Source: Lysobacterales bacterium
GTDB taxonomy: Bacteria; Pseudomonadota; Gammaproteobacteria; Xanthomonadales; Ahniellaceae
Assembly: GCA_017997455.1 (NCBI GenBank)
Contig: JAGOEZ010000001.1
Coordinates: forward strand, 1,980 to 53,058
DNA length: 51,079 nt
Direction of reading: 5' to 3'
The notes below the pieces were generated by a model, which had not been told where the DNA came from, ran no database searches, and saw nothing but the letters and a program-made list of their open reading frames with translations. Positions 1 to 8,625 of the stretch are shown here, piece by piece. How positions within the stretch are numbered: position 1 is the first letter of the stretch; every line of letters begins with the position of its first letter. Made by a program: the position numbers and the translations under genes.

Positions 1-2811
1 GGCCGCGGCCTCGGCCAGCACCCGCTCCGCCTGCTCCGGCTTGCCCCACGCCGCGTACATCTCCACGACCCGGTCGCGCGCCGCCTTGACCCGCGGGTCG
101 GTGGCGGGAAATGCGCCGGCGATGGTCTTCCAGGCCTCGAGCACCAGCGGTTCGGCCTCTTCGAAACGGCGCTCCAGGTACAGGGCCTTGCCGTAGCCGC
201 CGCGGATCGCGGCGAGTTGCCAGTTGCCGGCCGGCAGTGCCCGGGTCGCGCGCGGCAGCAGCGCGGCGTAGCCTTCGGCGGCGCGCGCGGCATCGCCGCG
301 GTCGCGCACCACCGACAGGTAGTTGTTCTCGATCAGCACGGTTTCCGGATGGTCCGGGCCGTTGGCCTGCGCGTAAAGATGCGCGGCCTGTCCCAGCAGC
401 ACCTCGGCCCTGGCCAGGTCGTTGCGATCGCGCGCCATCACCGCGAGGAAGCTCAGGGTGCGGACGGTCTCCGGATGGGCCTCGCCGAGCACCGCGCGGC
501 GGCGTTCGTAAACGTCCTGCATGACCCTCTCGGCCTCCTCGCCGCGCTGCTCCGCGCGCAGGCCGATCGCGAGGTTGGCCCGCATCGTGAGCACGTCGGG
601 ATGGTCGGCGCCGAGGATGCGCGTGCGCACGCCGATGATGCGCTCGAACAGCGGGATCGCCTCGGCATTGCGCCCGGCGTTGCTGAGCGCGGTGGCGACA
701 TGGGCGAGATAGCGCAGCGTGTCCGGATGTTCCGGCCCCAGGACCTGCTCGGCCGCCTGCGCCGCCTCGCGGTAGCGCTGCTCGGCGAGCGCGTAGTCGC
801 CGCGCCGCAGCGCCAGGTTGGCGCCGCGCGAGACCAGCTGCAGGACCACCGGGTGCGCGGGTCCCAGGCGCACGCGCTCGGCTTCGTAGGCCTGCTTGAT
901 CAGCGCATCGGCCTCGTCCCATTCGCCCTGCGCGCCGAGCAGGTCGGCAAGCCCGGCGCGGGCGCCGCTGGCCTCGGTGGAATCGACGCCATTGGCCGCC
1001 TCCGCGGCGGCCAGGTTGGCGCGCGCCATCGCCACCGCGGCCTTGCCGTCGCCCAATTGCGCCGCGAGTTCCGCCGCGGCGCGGCGCGCCTCGTCGGCCG
1101 AGCCCGGCGCCAGCCCCTGGATTGTGGACAGGCCCGGCAGCAGCGGCTGCAGGGCGACCTGGGCCGCCTGGTACTCGCCGCGTTCGGCCAGCACCAGCGC
1201 CAGCTCGAGTTCGGCCTGCACGCGATCGGCCGCATCCGCCGGCAGTTGCGCGGCGAGGGTGGCGACCGCGGGCTCGAGCAGCTTCTGCGCGTCGTCGAGC
1301 AGGCCCAGGCGCCGCAGCGTGCGGCCCAGCAGCGTGCCGATCTGGCCGCGCAGGCGCGGGTCGTCGACCAGGCTGGCGTCGAGTTCGCGCCCCGCGCTCT
1401 GCAGGGCGTCCGCCAGCTTGACCTCGCGCGCGTTGGCCGAGTCGCCGCGCAGCTTCCACGGATCCGGCGCCGCGATCATGCGCTCGAGGAAGTCCTGCGT
1501 CGCCCGCGCCCGCGCGCTCTCGGTCTCGGCGGCGACGCGCGCGACGTCGGCGCGCTCGCGCTGGGCGCGCGCTTCCAGCGCCATCCACGTCGTGCCGACG
1601 ATGCCGCCGACCAGCGACAGCAGCACCGCGGCGGCGGCACCCACCACCAGGCGGTTGCGCGCGACGAACTTGCGCAGCATGTAGACGCGGCTCGGCGGGC
1701 TCGCCAGCACCGCTTCGCCGTTGAGGAAGCGGCGGATGTCGGCGGCGAACTCGGACGCCGAGGCGTAGCGCCGCTCGCGGTCGCGCTCCAGCGCCTTGAG
1801 CACGATCCAGTCGAGGTCGCCACGCAGGTGGCGCGCCAGCGCCGGACCGTCGCTGGACATCGCCTTGCGCCAGTTGAAGTCGCCGCCGCGGGTCAGTTCG
1901 GCGACGCGCCGGCTCGGCGGCTTGATCGGGTACTCGTTGAGGAGCTTCGCCAGCTCGGCGTCGGGCGTGCGCGAGATCACTTCGCCCGGGATCGGCAGTT
2001 CGTGCGTGACCAGCTTGTAGAGCACCACGCCCAGCGCGTAGACATCGGTCCGGGTATCGATCGCGCCGGGGTCGCCACCCGCCTGCTCGGGGCTCATGTA
2101 GGCCGGCGTGCCCAGCGGCATGCCGGCGCGCGTGGTGCCGGGTTCCGGGCGCCCGAGCGGATCGAGGCTCTTGGCGATCCCGAAGTCGATCACCTTGACC
2201 AGCACCTGGCCCTGGTAATCGGCCACCAGCAGGTTTCCGGGCTTGAGGTCGCGATGGATCACGCCCTTCTGGTGCGCGTGCTGCACGCCTTCGCACACCT
2301 GCAGGAACAGCTCCACCCGGTGGCGCAGGTCGGTGCCGCGGCGGTCGCAGAACTCGTCCAGCGGCACGCCGGGCACGTACTCCATCGCGAAATAGAGCCG
2401 CCCCTCGCCGGTCGCGCCCACGTCCAGCACCTGGGCGATGTTGGGATGGGACATCCGCGCCAGCAGCTCGCGCTCGGCGCGGAAGCGCGACAGCAGCTCC
2501 TCGCTGTCGAAACCGGCCTTGATCACCTTGAGCGCGACCTGGCGCCGCACCGGCGCGGTCTGGTCGGCGAGGTACACCGCGCCCATGCCGCCGCTGCCGA
2601 TCTGGGCCGAAATGCGGTACGGGCCGAGGGTGCGGCCCTTCATCGAGAAGGGGCTGTCGTCGCCGGGATCGATGGAGGCAGCGGACGGCGCGTCCCCGCC
2701 GGGGGCCTGCGGCGGCGCGCGCGTGGCGCCCGCGTCCTCGGCAAGGCCAGGCGGCGCGGCGCCGCCGGGCGGCTTGGCTGGCGGCGGATCCTGGTCGCGG
2801 GTGCCGGTCAT
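1..2811 (-). CDS. Hanks-type Ser/Thr protein kinase with one TM segment and a long C-terminal TPR-like repeat region (3' end runs off the window start)
   Basis: Own translation of the minus strand from ATG 2811 gives IGSGGMGAVY (P-loop), VALKVIK, HRDLKPGNLL (about 2227-2256) and IDFGIAK. These are followed by a hydrophobic stretch LVVGAAAAVLLSLVGGIVG and about 550 aa of Ala/Leu-rich TPR-like repeats, with no stop before position 1. It is absent from the ORF track because it is open at the window edge. An in-frame alternative ATG lies at 2880. Confidence 0.9.
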   Translation of the reverse strand, partial: MTGTRDQDPPPAKPPGGAAPPGLAEDAGATRAPPQAPGGDAPSAASIDPGDDSPFSMKGRTLGPYRISAQIGSGGMGAVYLADQTAPVRRQVALKVIKAGFDSEELLSRFRAERELLARMSHPNIAQVLDVGATGEGRLYFAMEYVPGVPLDEFCDRRGTDLRHRVELFLQVCEGVQHAHQKGVIHRDLKPGNLLVADYQGQVLVKVIDFGIAKSLDPLGRPEPGTTRAGMPLGTPAYMSPEQAGGDPGAIDTRTDVYALGVVLYKLVTHELPIPGEVISRTPDAELAKLLNEYPIKPPSRRVAELTRGGDFNWRKAMSSDGPALARHLRGDLDWIVLKALERDRERRYASASEFAADIRRFLNGEAVLASPPSRVYMLRKFVARNRLVVGAAAAVLLSLVGGIVGTTWMALEARAQRERADVARVAAETESARARATQDFLERMIAAPDPWKLRGDSANAREVKLADALQSAGRELDASLVDDPRLRGQIGTLLGRTLRRLGLLDDAQKLLEPAVATLAAQLPADAADRVQAELELALVLAERGEYQAAQVALQPLLPGLSTIQGLAPGSADEARRAAAELAAQLGDGKAAVAMARANLAAAEAANGVDSTEASGARAGLADLLGAQGEWDEADALIKQAYEAERVRLGPAHPVVLQLVSRGANLALRRGDYALAEQRYREAAQAAEQVLGPEHPDTLRYLAHVATALSNAGRNAEAIPLFERIIGVRTRILGADHPDVLTMRANLAIGLRAEQRGEEAERVMQDVYERRRAVLGEAHPETVRTLSFLAVMARDRNDLARAEVLLGQAAHLYAQANGPDHPETVLIENNYLSVVRDRGDAARAAEGYAALLPRATRALPAGNWQLAAIRGGYGKALYLERRFEEAEPLVLEAWKTIAGAFPATDPRVKAARDRVVEMYAAWGKPEQAERVLAEAAA

Positions 2812-2902
2812 GCGGGCGGGCTCATGCGGATGCCCGCATCTTGGCTCCGCGTCCGCGACGCCGCAAGCGCCCGCGGCCATGCGGCCGCGATAAGCTCGGG
2901 CC

Positions 2903-3463
2903 ATGCTCCTAGCCCAGGTCCAACTCGGTCTGCCGCCGTGGGTGCACGAACTCGTCGACCCGGCGCTCGTGTGCGCGGACGACGGCGCGAAGATGGCGCT
3001 GGCGGTCCGGCTTTCGGCCCTCAACGTCGAGCACGAGACCGGGGGACCGTTCGGCGCGGCGATCTTCGATGCCGCGGGACGCCTGCTCAGCGTCGGGGTC
3101 AACCAGGTGGTGGCGCAGAACTGCTCGGTCGCGCATGCGGAGATGCTGGCCTTCATGCTGGCCCAGCGGCGGCTGCAGCGCTTCCGCCTCGACGCGGATG
3201 GATCGCGCTACACCCTGGCGACCAGTTCGCAGCCCTGCTGCCAGTGCTACGGCGCCAGCGTCTGGGCCGGCATCAGCGAGCTCCTGGTCGGCGCGCGGGC
3301 CGAGGACGTGATGGAACTGACGGAGTTCGACGAGGGCCCGCTGCCGGCCGACTGGACCGGCGAACTGGAGCGCCGCGGCATCGCCGTGCGCCGCGACCTC
3401 GGGCGCGATGCGGCGCGCGAGGTCCTGCGGCGCTACGGCAGCGGGGGCGGACGCCGCTACTGA
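2903..3463 (+). CDS. CDA-fold nucleoside/nucleotide deaminase (TadA/guanine-deaminase-like), substrate not assignable
   Basis: ORF track, 186 aa. Zinc-deaminase signatures HAE (CSVAHAEMLAF) and PCxxC (SSQPCCQCYGA). Divergent from the kinase gene. Confidence 0.8.
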   Translation: MLLAQVQLGLPPWVHELVDPALVCADDGAKMALAVRLSALNVEHETGGPFGAAIFDAAGRLLSVGVNQVVAQNCSVAHAEMLAFMLAQRRLQRFRLDADGSRYTLATSSQPCCQCYGASVWAGISELLVGARAEDVMELTEFDEGPLPADWTGELERRGIAVRRDLGRDAAREVLRRYGSGGGRRY

Positions 3464-3505
3464 ATCGCCCGCCCCCTGCGATCGATGGCCGGGTAGCATG
3501 CGGGC

Positions 3506-4567
3506 ATGGAAGCATCCGCCGAAACGGGCCTGCTGCTGTGGTGCCGCGCGGGTTTCGAGCCCGAATGCGCGCAGGAGATCCAGTACTGCGTCGCTGGCCA
3601 GCACCGCGTCGCCGGCGCGGGCCAGGCCTGCGCGGTGCGGACCGAGCGCGGCAGCGGGATGGTGCGCTGCCTGCCGCAGGACGGCGCGCTGGCGGTGCCG
3701 GACTGGCGCTCGCTGATCTATGCCCGCGCCGTGCTGCGCGTGCTCGGCGAGCTGCGTGATCTCGACCCGAAGGATCGCCTCGGACCGGCGCTGGCGCTGG
3801 CCGGCCGCGACGGCGCGCGCTATGCCGAGGTCTGGGTCGAGGCGCCCGACAGCGAAGGCGGCGAGGACCTGCGCGGCCTCGCCCGCGGGCTCGAGGCCGC
3901 GGCGCTCGCGGCCATGCGCAAGCGCGGCCTGCTCGATCGCGCCGCGCCGCTGCGACTCCACCTGTGCCTGGCCTCGGGCACCGCGATGACGGTCGCCAGT
4001 GCGCGCATCGACGGCTCGGCGCCGTGGCCCGGCGGCATCCCGCGCCTGAAGCTGCTGCGCGAAGCGCCCAGCCGCTCGGCGCTGAAGATCGAGGAAGCCT
4101 GGCTGGTCCTGCTCGATGACGCCGAGCGCGCCTCGTGGCTGCGCCCGGGCATGAGCGCGGTAGACCTCGGCGCCGCACCCGGCGGCTGGACCTGGCAGCT
4201 CGCGCGCCGCGGCCTGCGCGTCACCGCGATCGACAACGGCCCGCTCGCCCCGCACGTGCTGGCGATGGACACGGTCGAGCACCTGCGTGCCGACGGCTTC
4301 CGCCATCGCCCGCGCAAGCCGGTCGACTGGGTGGTCTGCGACATGGTCGAGCAACCGGTGCGGGTGGCCGCGCTGATGGGCGAGTGGCTGGCCCAGGGCC
4401 ACGCCCGCGCCGCGCTCTTCAACCTCAAGTTGCCGATGAAGAAGCGCTGGGAGGAAACCCAGCGCTGCCTCGGCCTGCTGCGCGAAGCCGCGCCCCGCCA
4501 CGAATTCCGCGCCCGGCAGCTCTACCACGACCGCGAGGAGATCACTGTCCTCGCCCTGCCCATGTAG
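3506..4567 (+). CDS. rlmM: 23S rRNA 2'-O-ribose C2498 methyltransferase RlmM (YgdE family)
   Basis: 353 aa. N-terminus LLLWCRAGFEPECAQEI is typical of RlmM. Also SRSALKIEEA, SAM-binding AVDLGAAPGGWT and VVCDMVEQP. The TAG stop lies inside the REP GTAG terminus. Confidence 0.85.
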   Translation: MEASAETGLLLWCRAGFEPECAQEIQYCVAGQHRVAGAGQACAVRTERGSGMVRCLPQDGALAVPDWRSLIYARAVLRVLGELRDLDPKDRLGPALALAGRDGARYAEVWVEAPDSEGGEDLRGLARGLEAAALAAMRKRGLLDRAAPLRLHLCLASGTAMTVASARIDGSAPWPGGIPRLKLLREAPSRSALKIEEAWLVLLDDAERASWLRPGMSAVDLGAAPGGWTWQLARRGLRVTAIDNGPLAPHVLAMDTVEHLRADGFRHRPRKPVDWVVCDMVEQPVRVAALMGEWLAQGHARAALFNLKLPMKKRWEETQRCLGLLREAAPRHEFRARQLYHDREEITVLALPM

Positions 4568-4649
4568 GAGCGCACCTTGTGCGCGACCGCGGACTGGCAG
4601 GAAACGGGATCCTGCGAGTCCGCGGTCGCGCACAAGGTGCGCTCCTACA
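4563..4649. repeat. REP inverted pair, family A (TGTAGGAGCGCACCTTGTGCGCGACCGCGG ... CCGCGGTCGCGCACAAGGTGCGCTCCTACA)
   Basis: Near-perfect ~30-nt inverted arms around a ~27-nt spacer were read directly. Each arm is itself a small palindrome (GCGCAC..GTGCGC). The same element recurs at 28844, 31040, 39029 and 46764. Confidence 0.9.
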
Positions 4650-4772
4650 GATGGCGACTCGTGGACGGGCGACGTGCGGCAGGCCCGTGTCGACCCGGGA
4701 TGCCATGAAACTGTCGGGCCTTGCTGGTACCTTTCGCGACCTTGAATCGACGTTGACCATCGAGGGGATTAC

Positions 4773-7697
4773 ATGTTCGCTTCATATCCGATCGCAGCAC
4801 GAGGCGCGCTCCTGGCATTTCTGGCCGCGCTTGGCCTCGGCGTCGCGTCACCCGCGAAGGCCCAGGTGGTCATCAGCCAGGTCTACGGCGGCGGCGGCAA
4901 CAATGGCTCCCTCTACCGGAACGATTTCGTCGAACTGTTCAACCGCGGCGCGGCACCGGTCAATGTCACTGGTTGGTCGTTGCAGTTCACGAACGCCACG
5001 GCGACCAACGCCTGGACCGTCACGGCCCTGAGCGGCACGATCCAGCCTGGCGCCTACTACCTTATCCAGCAGGCCGCTGGTACGGGCGGCACCGTGGACC
5101 TGCCGACCCCGGATGCGACCGGGACTGCCGCTATGGGCGCAACGTCCGGCAACGCGATCCTGCTCAGTGCCAACACGCAATTGCCGACCGGATGTCCCGC
5201 AGGCGGCAACGGCGCAGTGATCGACCGGGTCGGCTACGGGGCGACGGCGATCTGCGGCGAAACCGCCCCGACGGCGGCGCCCAGCAACACGACGTCTGTA
5301 GGCCGCGGCAGCAACGGCTGCACGGATTCCGGCAACAACAGCAGCGACTTCACGGTTTCCGCCGGCAGCAACACCTTCGTGCCGCGCAATTCGTCGAGCG
5401 CGCTCAATCCCTGCGGTCCGGTTGGCACCAGCCTCAGCGTCAACGACGTCGCCGCGATCGAAACCGACGCCGGCACCACCACCTTCTCCTTCACCGTCTC
5501 GCTGAGCGCCCCTGCTGGCGCCGGCGGCGTGACCTTCGACATCGCCACCGCCGACGGTACGGGGACGCTGGCCGACAACGACTACGTCCAGCGCGCCTTG
5601 ACCGGGCAGACGATCGCCACGGGCAACTCGAGCTATACCTTTGATGTGAGCGTCAATGGCGATCTCACCAACGAGCCCAACGAGACCTTCTTCGTCAACG
5701 TCACCAACGTGACGGGCGCCACCGTCGCCGACGGCCAGGGCCAGGGCACGATCAACAACGACGATGCGCCGCTGACCCCGATCCACGCCATCCAGGGCAA
5801 CGGCGCGGCCTCGCCATTGCTGGGCAACGCGGTGGTCACGCGCGGCGTGGTCACGGTGCGGGTCAACAACGGCTTCTACTTCCAGACCCCGGACGCCGAC
5901 GCCGACGCCGACCCCAACACCTCGCAGGGCATGTTCGCGTTCACGTCGAGCGCACCACCCGCCGGCGCGGCGGTCGGCAACCTGGTCCAGGTGGCCGGGA
6001 CGGTGGCCGAGTTCGTGCCGCCGACCGACCTCAACCAGCAGCCGTTGACCCAGTTGACCTCGCCCACCACCACCGTGATCGCTACCGGGCAGCCGCTGCC
6101 CGCGCCGGTGACCCTGACGACCGTGTTGCCCGATCCCGCGGGCGGCATCGAGCAGCTCGAGCGCCTCGAGAACATGCGCGTCACCGCGCCGTCCTTCACC
6201 ATCACCGGCGCCACCGGCGGCTCGATCAGCGAGCCCAACGCCACGTCGACCACCAACGGTCGCTTCTACGGCGTCGTCGCCGGCACTCCGCGGCCATTCC
6301 GCGAAACGGGCCTGGAACCCGAGGATGCGGTCGGGCAGCCGGCGACGATCCCGCGCTGGGATGGCAATCCGGAGCGAATCAACTTCGAGAGCCTGCGCGC
6401 ACGCAATGCCGCCGGCACCTTGCGCACGGCGATCAACGTCGACGCCGGCCAGGGCGTGTCGGGCCTCACCGGCGTGATCGACTATGCCTTCCGCAACTGG
6501 CGCTTCACCATCGACTTCGACGCCGTGGCCGTGGTGACCGGCAGCGCGACCGCGGGGGCGGTGAGCGCGGCCACGCCGGCCGAGTACACCGTTGCCAGCT
6601 ACAACCTGCAGCGCTTCTTCGACGACAACAACGATCCGGCGCTCAGCGAACCGGTGCTGACCCCGGCCGCGTTCGCCAACCGACTGGCCAAGGCCTCGCG
6701 CGGCATCCGCGAGTTCCTGCGCGCGCCCGACATCATCGGCATCGTCGAGATCGAGGATCTCGCCACCCTGCAGGCGCTGGCGACCCGCATCAACGCCGAT
6801 GCGGTCGCCGCCAACGAACCGGATCCCCAGTACCAGGCCTACCTGAGCAATGGCACCGATCCGGGTGGCATCGACGTGGGTTTCCTGGTCAAGGCCGCGC
6901 CGGTCGTGGGCAGCACGCCGCGCGTCGCGGTGAACAGCGTGACCCAGTTCGGTCTGAACACGCTGCTCAAGTGTCCCGATGGCAGCGACAACGTGACCGG
7001 CGAGCGCCTCAACGACCGGCCGCCGCTGCTGCTCGACGCCGTGGTCGCGGCACCCAACGGCGCCAGCGCGCCGGTGGTGGTGATCGTCAACCACTCGCGT
7101 TCGCTCGGCAGCGCCACCTCGACCGCGGCACCGCCCGTGGGTCCCTGCCCGGTGGTGAACTTCGCCACCGAAGGCGACCGCGTGCGGCGCAAGCGCCAGC
7201 AGCAAGCCGAATTCCTCGCCGACCTGGTGCAGGCGCGCCAGGTCGCCAACCCGAACGAGAACCTGGTCGTGGTCGGCGACTTCAACGCCTTCGAGTTCAA
7301 CGATGGCCTCGGCGACTCGATCGGCGTGATCTCCGGCACGCCGGCGCCGGACAACGAGACCGTGGTTCCCGGCGATGGCATCGACCTCGTGAACCCGAAC
7401 CTCGGCAACCTCATCGCCGGGGTCGCCGCGCTCCAGCGCTACAGCTACGTGTTCGACGGCGACGCGCAGAACCTCGACCACGCGCTGGTGAATGCCGCGA
7501 TCGCCGCCAGCGCGGCGCCGGTCCGCCTCGAGCATGCGCGCATCAATGCCGATTTCGCCGAGGACAACCGCGGCGACACCACGGTGCCGCTGCGCCTGTC
7601 CGACCACGATCCGGCGGTGGCGTACTTCACGGGCCCCGGCTTTGGGCTGCCCGATGCCGTGTTCAGCAATGGCTTCGAGGATCCGCCGCCGCCCTGA
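4773..7697 (+). CDS. Secreted ExeM/NucH-type extracellular nuclease (lamin-tail domain + Calx-beta-like + endonuclease/exonuclease/phosphatase domain)
   Basis: 974 aa. Signal peptide ending SPAKA/QV. LTD motif ISQVYGGGGNNGSLYRNDFVELFN. Calx-beta-like segment ending GTINNDD. IHAIQGNGAASPL motif. EEP-domain motifs YNLQRFF and LSDHDPAVAYF. A GAGGGG Shine-Dalgarno lies just upstream. Confidence 0.85.
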   Translation: MFASYPIAARGALLAFLAALGLGVASPAKAQVVISQVYGGGGNNGSLYRNDFVELFNRGAAPVNVTGWSLQFTNATATNAWTVTALSGTIQPGAYYLIQQAAGTGGTVDLPTPDATGTAAMGATSGNAILLSANTQLPTGCPAGGNGAVIDRVGYGATAICGETAPTAAPSNTTSVGRGSNGCTDSGNNSSDFTVSAGSNTFVPRNSSSALNPCGPVGTSLSVNDVAAIETDAGTTTFSFTVSLSAPAGAGGVTFDIATADGTGTLADNDYVQRALTGQTIATGNSSYTFDVSVNGDLTNEPNETFFVNVTNVTGATVADGQGQGTINNDDAPLTPIHAIQGNGAASPLLGNAVVTRGVVTVRVNNGFYFQTPDADADADPNTSQGMFAFTSSAPPAGAAVGNLVQVAGTVAEFVPPTDLNQQPLTQLTSPTTTVIATGQPLPAPVTLTTVLPDPAGGIEQLERLENMRVTAPSFTITGATGGSISEPNATSTTNGRFYGVVAGTPRPFRETGLEPEDAVGQPATIPRWDGNPERINFESLRARNAAGTLRTAINVDAGQGVSGLTGVIDYAFRNWRFTIDFDAVAVVTGSATAGAVSAATPAEYTVASYNLQRFFDDNNDPALSEPVLTPAAFANRLAKASRGIREFLRAPDIIGIVEIEDLATLQALATRINADAVAANEPDPQYQAYLSNGTDPGGIDVGFLVKAAPVVGSTPRVAVNSVTQFGLNTLLKCPDGSDNVTGERLNDRPPLLLDAVVAAPNGASAPVVVIVNHSRSLGSATSTAAPPVGPCPVVNFATEGDRVRRKRQQQAEFLADLVQARQVANPNENLVVVGDFNAFEFNDGLGDSIGVISGTPAPDNETVVPGDGIDLVNPNLGNLIAGVAALQRYSYVFDGDAQNLDHALVNAAIAASAAPVRLEHARINADFAEDNRGDTTVPLRLSDHDPAVAYFTGPGFGLPDAVFSNGFEDPPPP

Positions 7698-7721
7698 CCC
7701 GGCGACACCGCTACAATCCGG

Positions 7722-7752
7722 ACGGCCCGCCCCATGGCGGGCCGTTCAGTTT
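7722..7752 (+). terminator. Intrinsic terminator-like hairpin after the nuclease gene
   Basis: ACGGCCCGCC-CCAT-GGCGGGCCGT is a perfect 10-bp GC stem with a 4-nt loop, followed by TCAGTTT. It starts 25 nt after the TGA at 7695-7697 and ends only ~8 nt before the next ATG (7760). Confidence 0.55.
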
Positions 7753-7759
7753 CAGGCCC

Positions 7760-8611
7760 ATGCATTCCACCGACGATCCCAGGAACCCGCGCGAACCCGG
7801 CCCGGCCGCGCCGCTGGCCTTGCTCGAGCGCACCCTTCGCGCCGATGTCGAGGAGGCGCGCGCGATCGAGCCGCTGATCGAGCAGGCCGACAGCGTCCAT
7901 GGCCGCATCCGGCGCGGACTCGGCCGGGTGGCGCCGCTGCTGGGCCTGCTGGTCCTGGGTGCGATCCTGGTCGGCAGCGGGCTGTACCGCGAACTGACCA
8001 TCGAGAACCTCGCCACGCACCACGACGACCTGCTCGCGTGGGTCGCCACGCACCCGGTGCTGGCGACGATGGGCCTGCTCGGCGCGCTGGCCCTGATCGT
8101 CAGCACCGGGCTGCCCGGCGGCGCCGTGCTGGTGGTGGCCGCGGGCTTCCTGTTCGGGGTCCTGCCCGGCACCCTGGTCGCGATGAGCGGCGCCGCCATC
8201 GGCGCCAGCGTGCTGTATTTCGCCGCGCGCCGCGTGTTCGTCGGCGGCGGCAAGGAACCGGCGCTGGCCACCCGCGTGCGCGAGGGCTTTGCGCGCAATC
8301 CGGTGAGCTTCGCCTTCTTCATCCGTCTGGTGCCGGTGTTCCCCTTCGGCGCCGCCAGCGTCGCGCTGGCCTGGGCCGGCTGCCGGCCGCTGCTGTTCCT
8401 GGCCGCGACCTTCTTCGGCAACCTGCCCTCGTCGCTGGTGTACACCGCGATCGGCGCCGGGCTCGACCGCACCCTGGCCGAGCACGGCACGGTGTCCCTG
8501 AGCCTGCTCGCGCAGCCGCGCTTCCTGCTGCCGCTGGCGGCCCTGGCGCTGCTGGCCCTGCTGCCGGTGTTCTTCGGCCTGCGCGGCCGGCGTCGCGCCG
8601 GCAAGGCCTGA
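7760..8611 (+). CDS. TVP38/TMEM64 (DedA-related, SNARE-associated) family inner-membrane protein
   Basis: This is the in-frame tail of track ORF 6971..8611, starting at the only ATG before the first TM segment. It has multiple hydrophobic helices, and motifs such as LPGGAVLVVAAGFLFG and FFIRLVPVFPF are typical of the family. Confidence 0.75.
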   Translation: MHSTDDPRNPREPGPAAPLALLERTLRADVEEARAIEPLIEQADSVHGRIRRGLGRVAPLLGLLVLGAILVGSGLYRELTIENLATHHDDLLAWVATHPVLATMGLLGALALIVSTGLPGGAVLVVAAGFLFGVLPGTLVAMSGAAIGASVLYFAARRVFVGGGKEPALATRVREGFARNPVSFAFFIRLVPVFPFGAASVALAWAGCRPLLFLAATFFGNLPSSLVYTAIGAGLDRTLAEHGTVSLSLLAQPRFLLPLAALALLALLPVFFGLRGRRRAGKA

Positions 8612-8625
8612 GCCGCGCCGCCGCA

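Noticed and set aside
217-3759. 1180-aa plus-strand ORF covering the kinase, deaminase and rlmM region.
   Set aside because: It is an Arg/Ala/Gly-rich, low-complexity translation. It runs antisense to a kinase gene with unambiguous catalytic motifs and is out of frame with the motif-bearing deaminase and rlmM ORFs. This is a typical high-GC shadow ORF.
4848-7607. 919-aa minus-strand ORF opposite the ExeM/NucH nuclease gene.
   Set aside because: It has no recognisable motifs and an Arg/Gly/Ala/Val-dominated composition. The plus-strand frame carries signal peptide, LTD, Calx-beta and EEP motifs.
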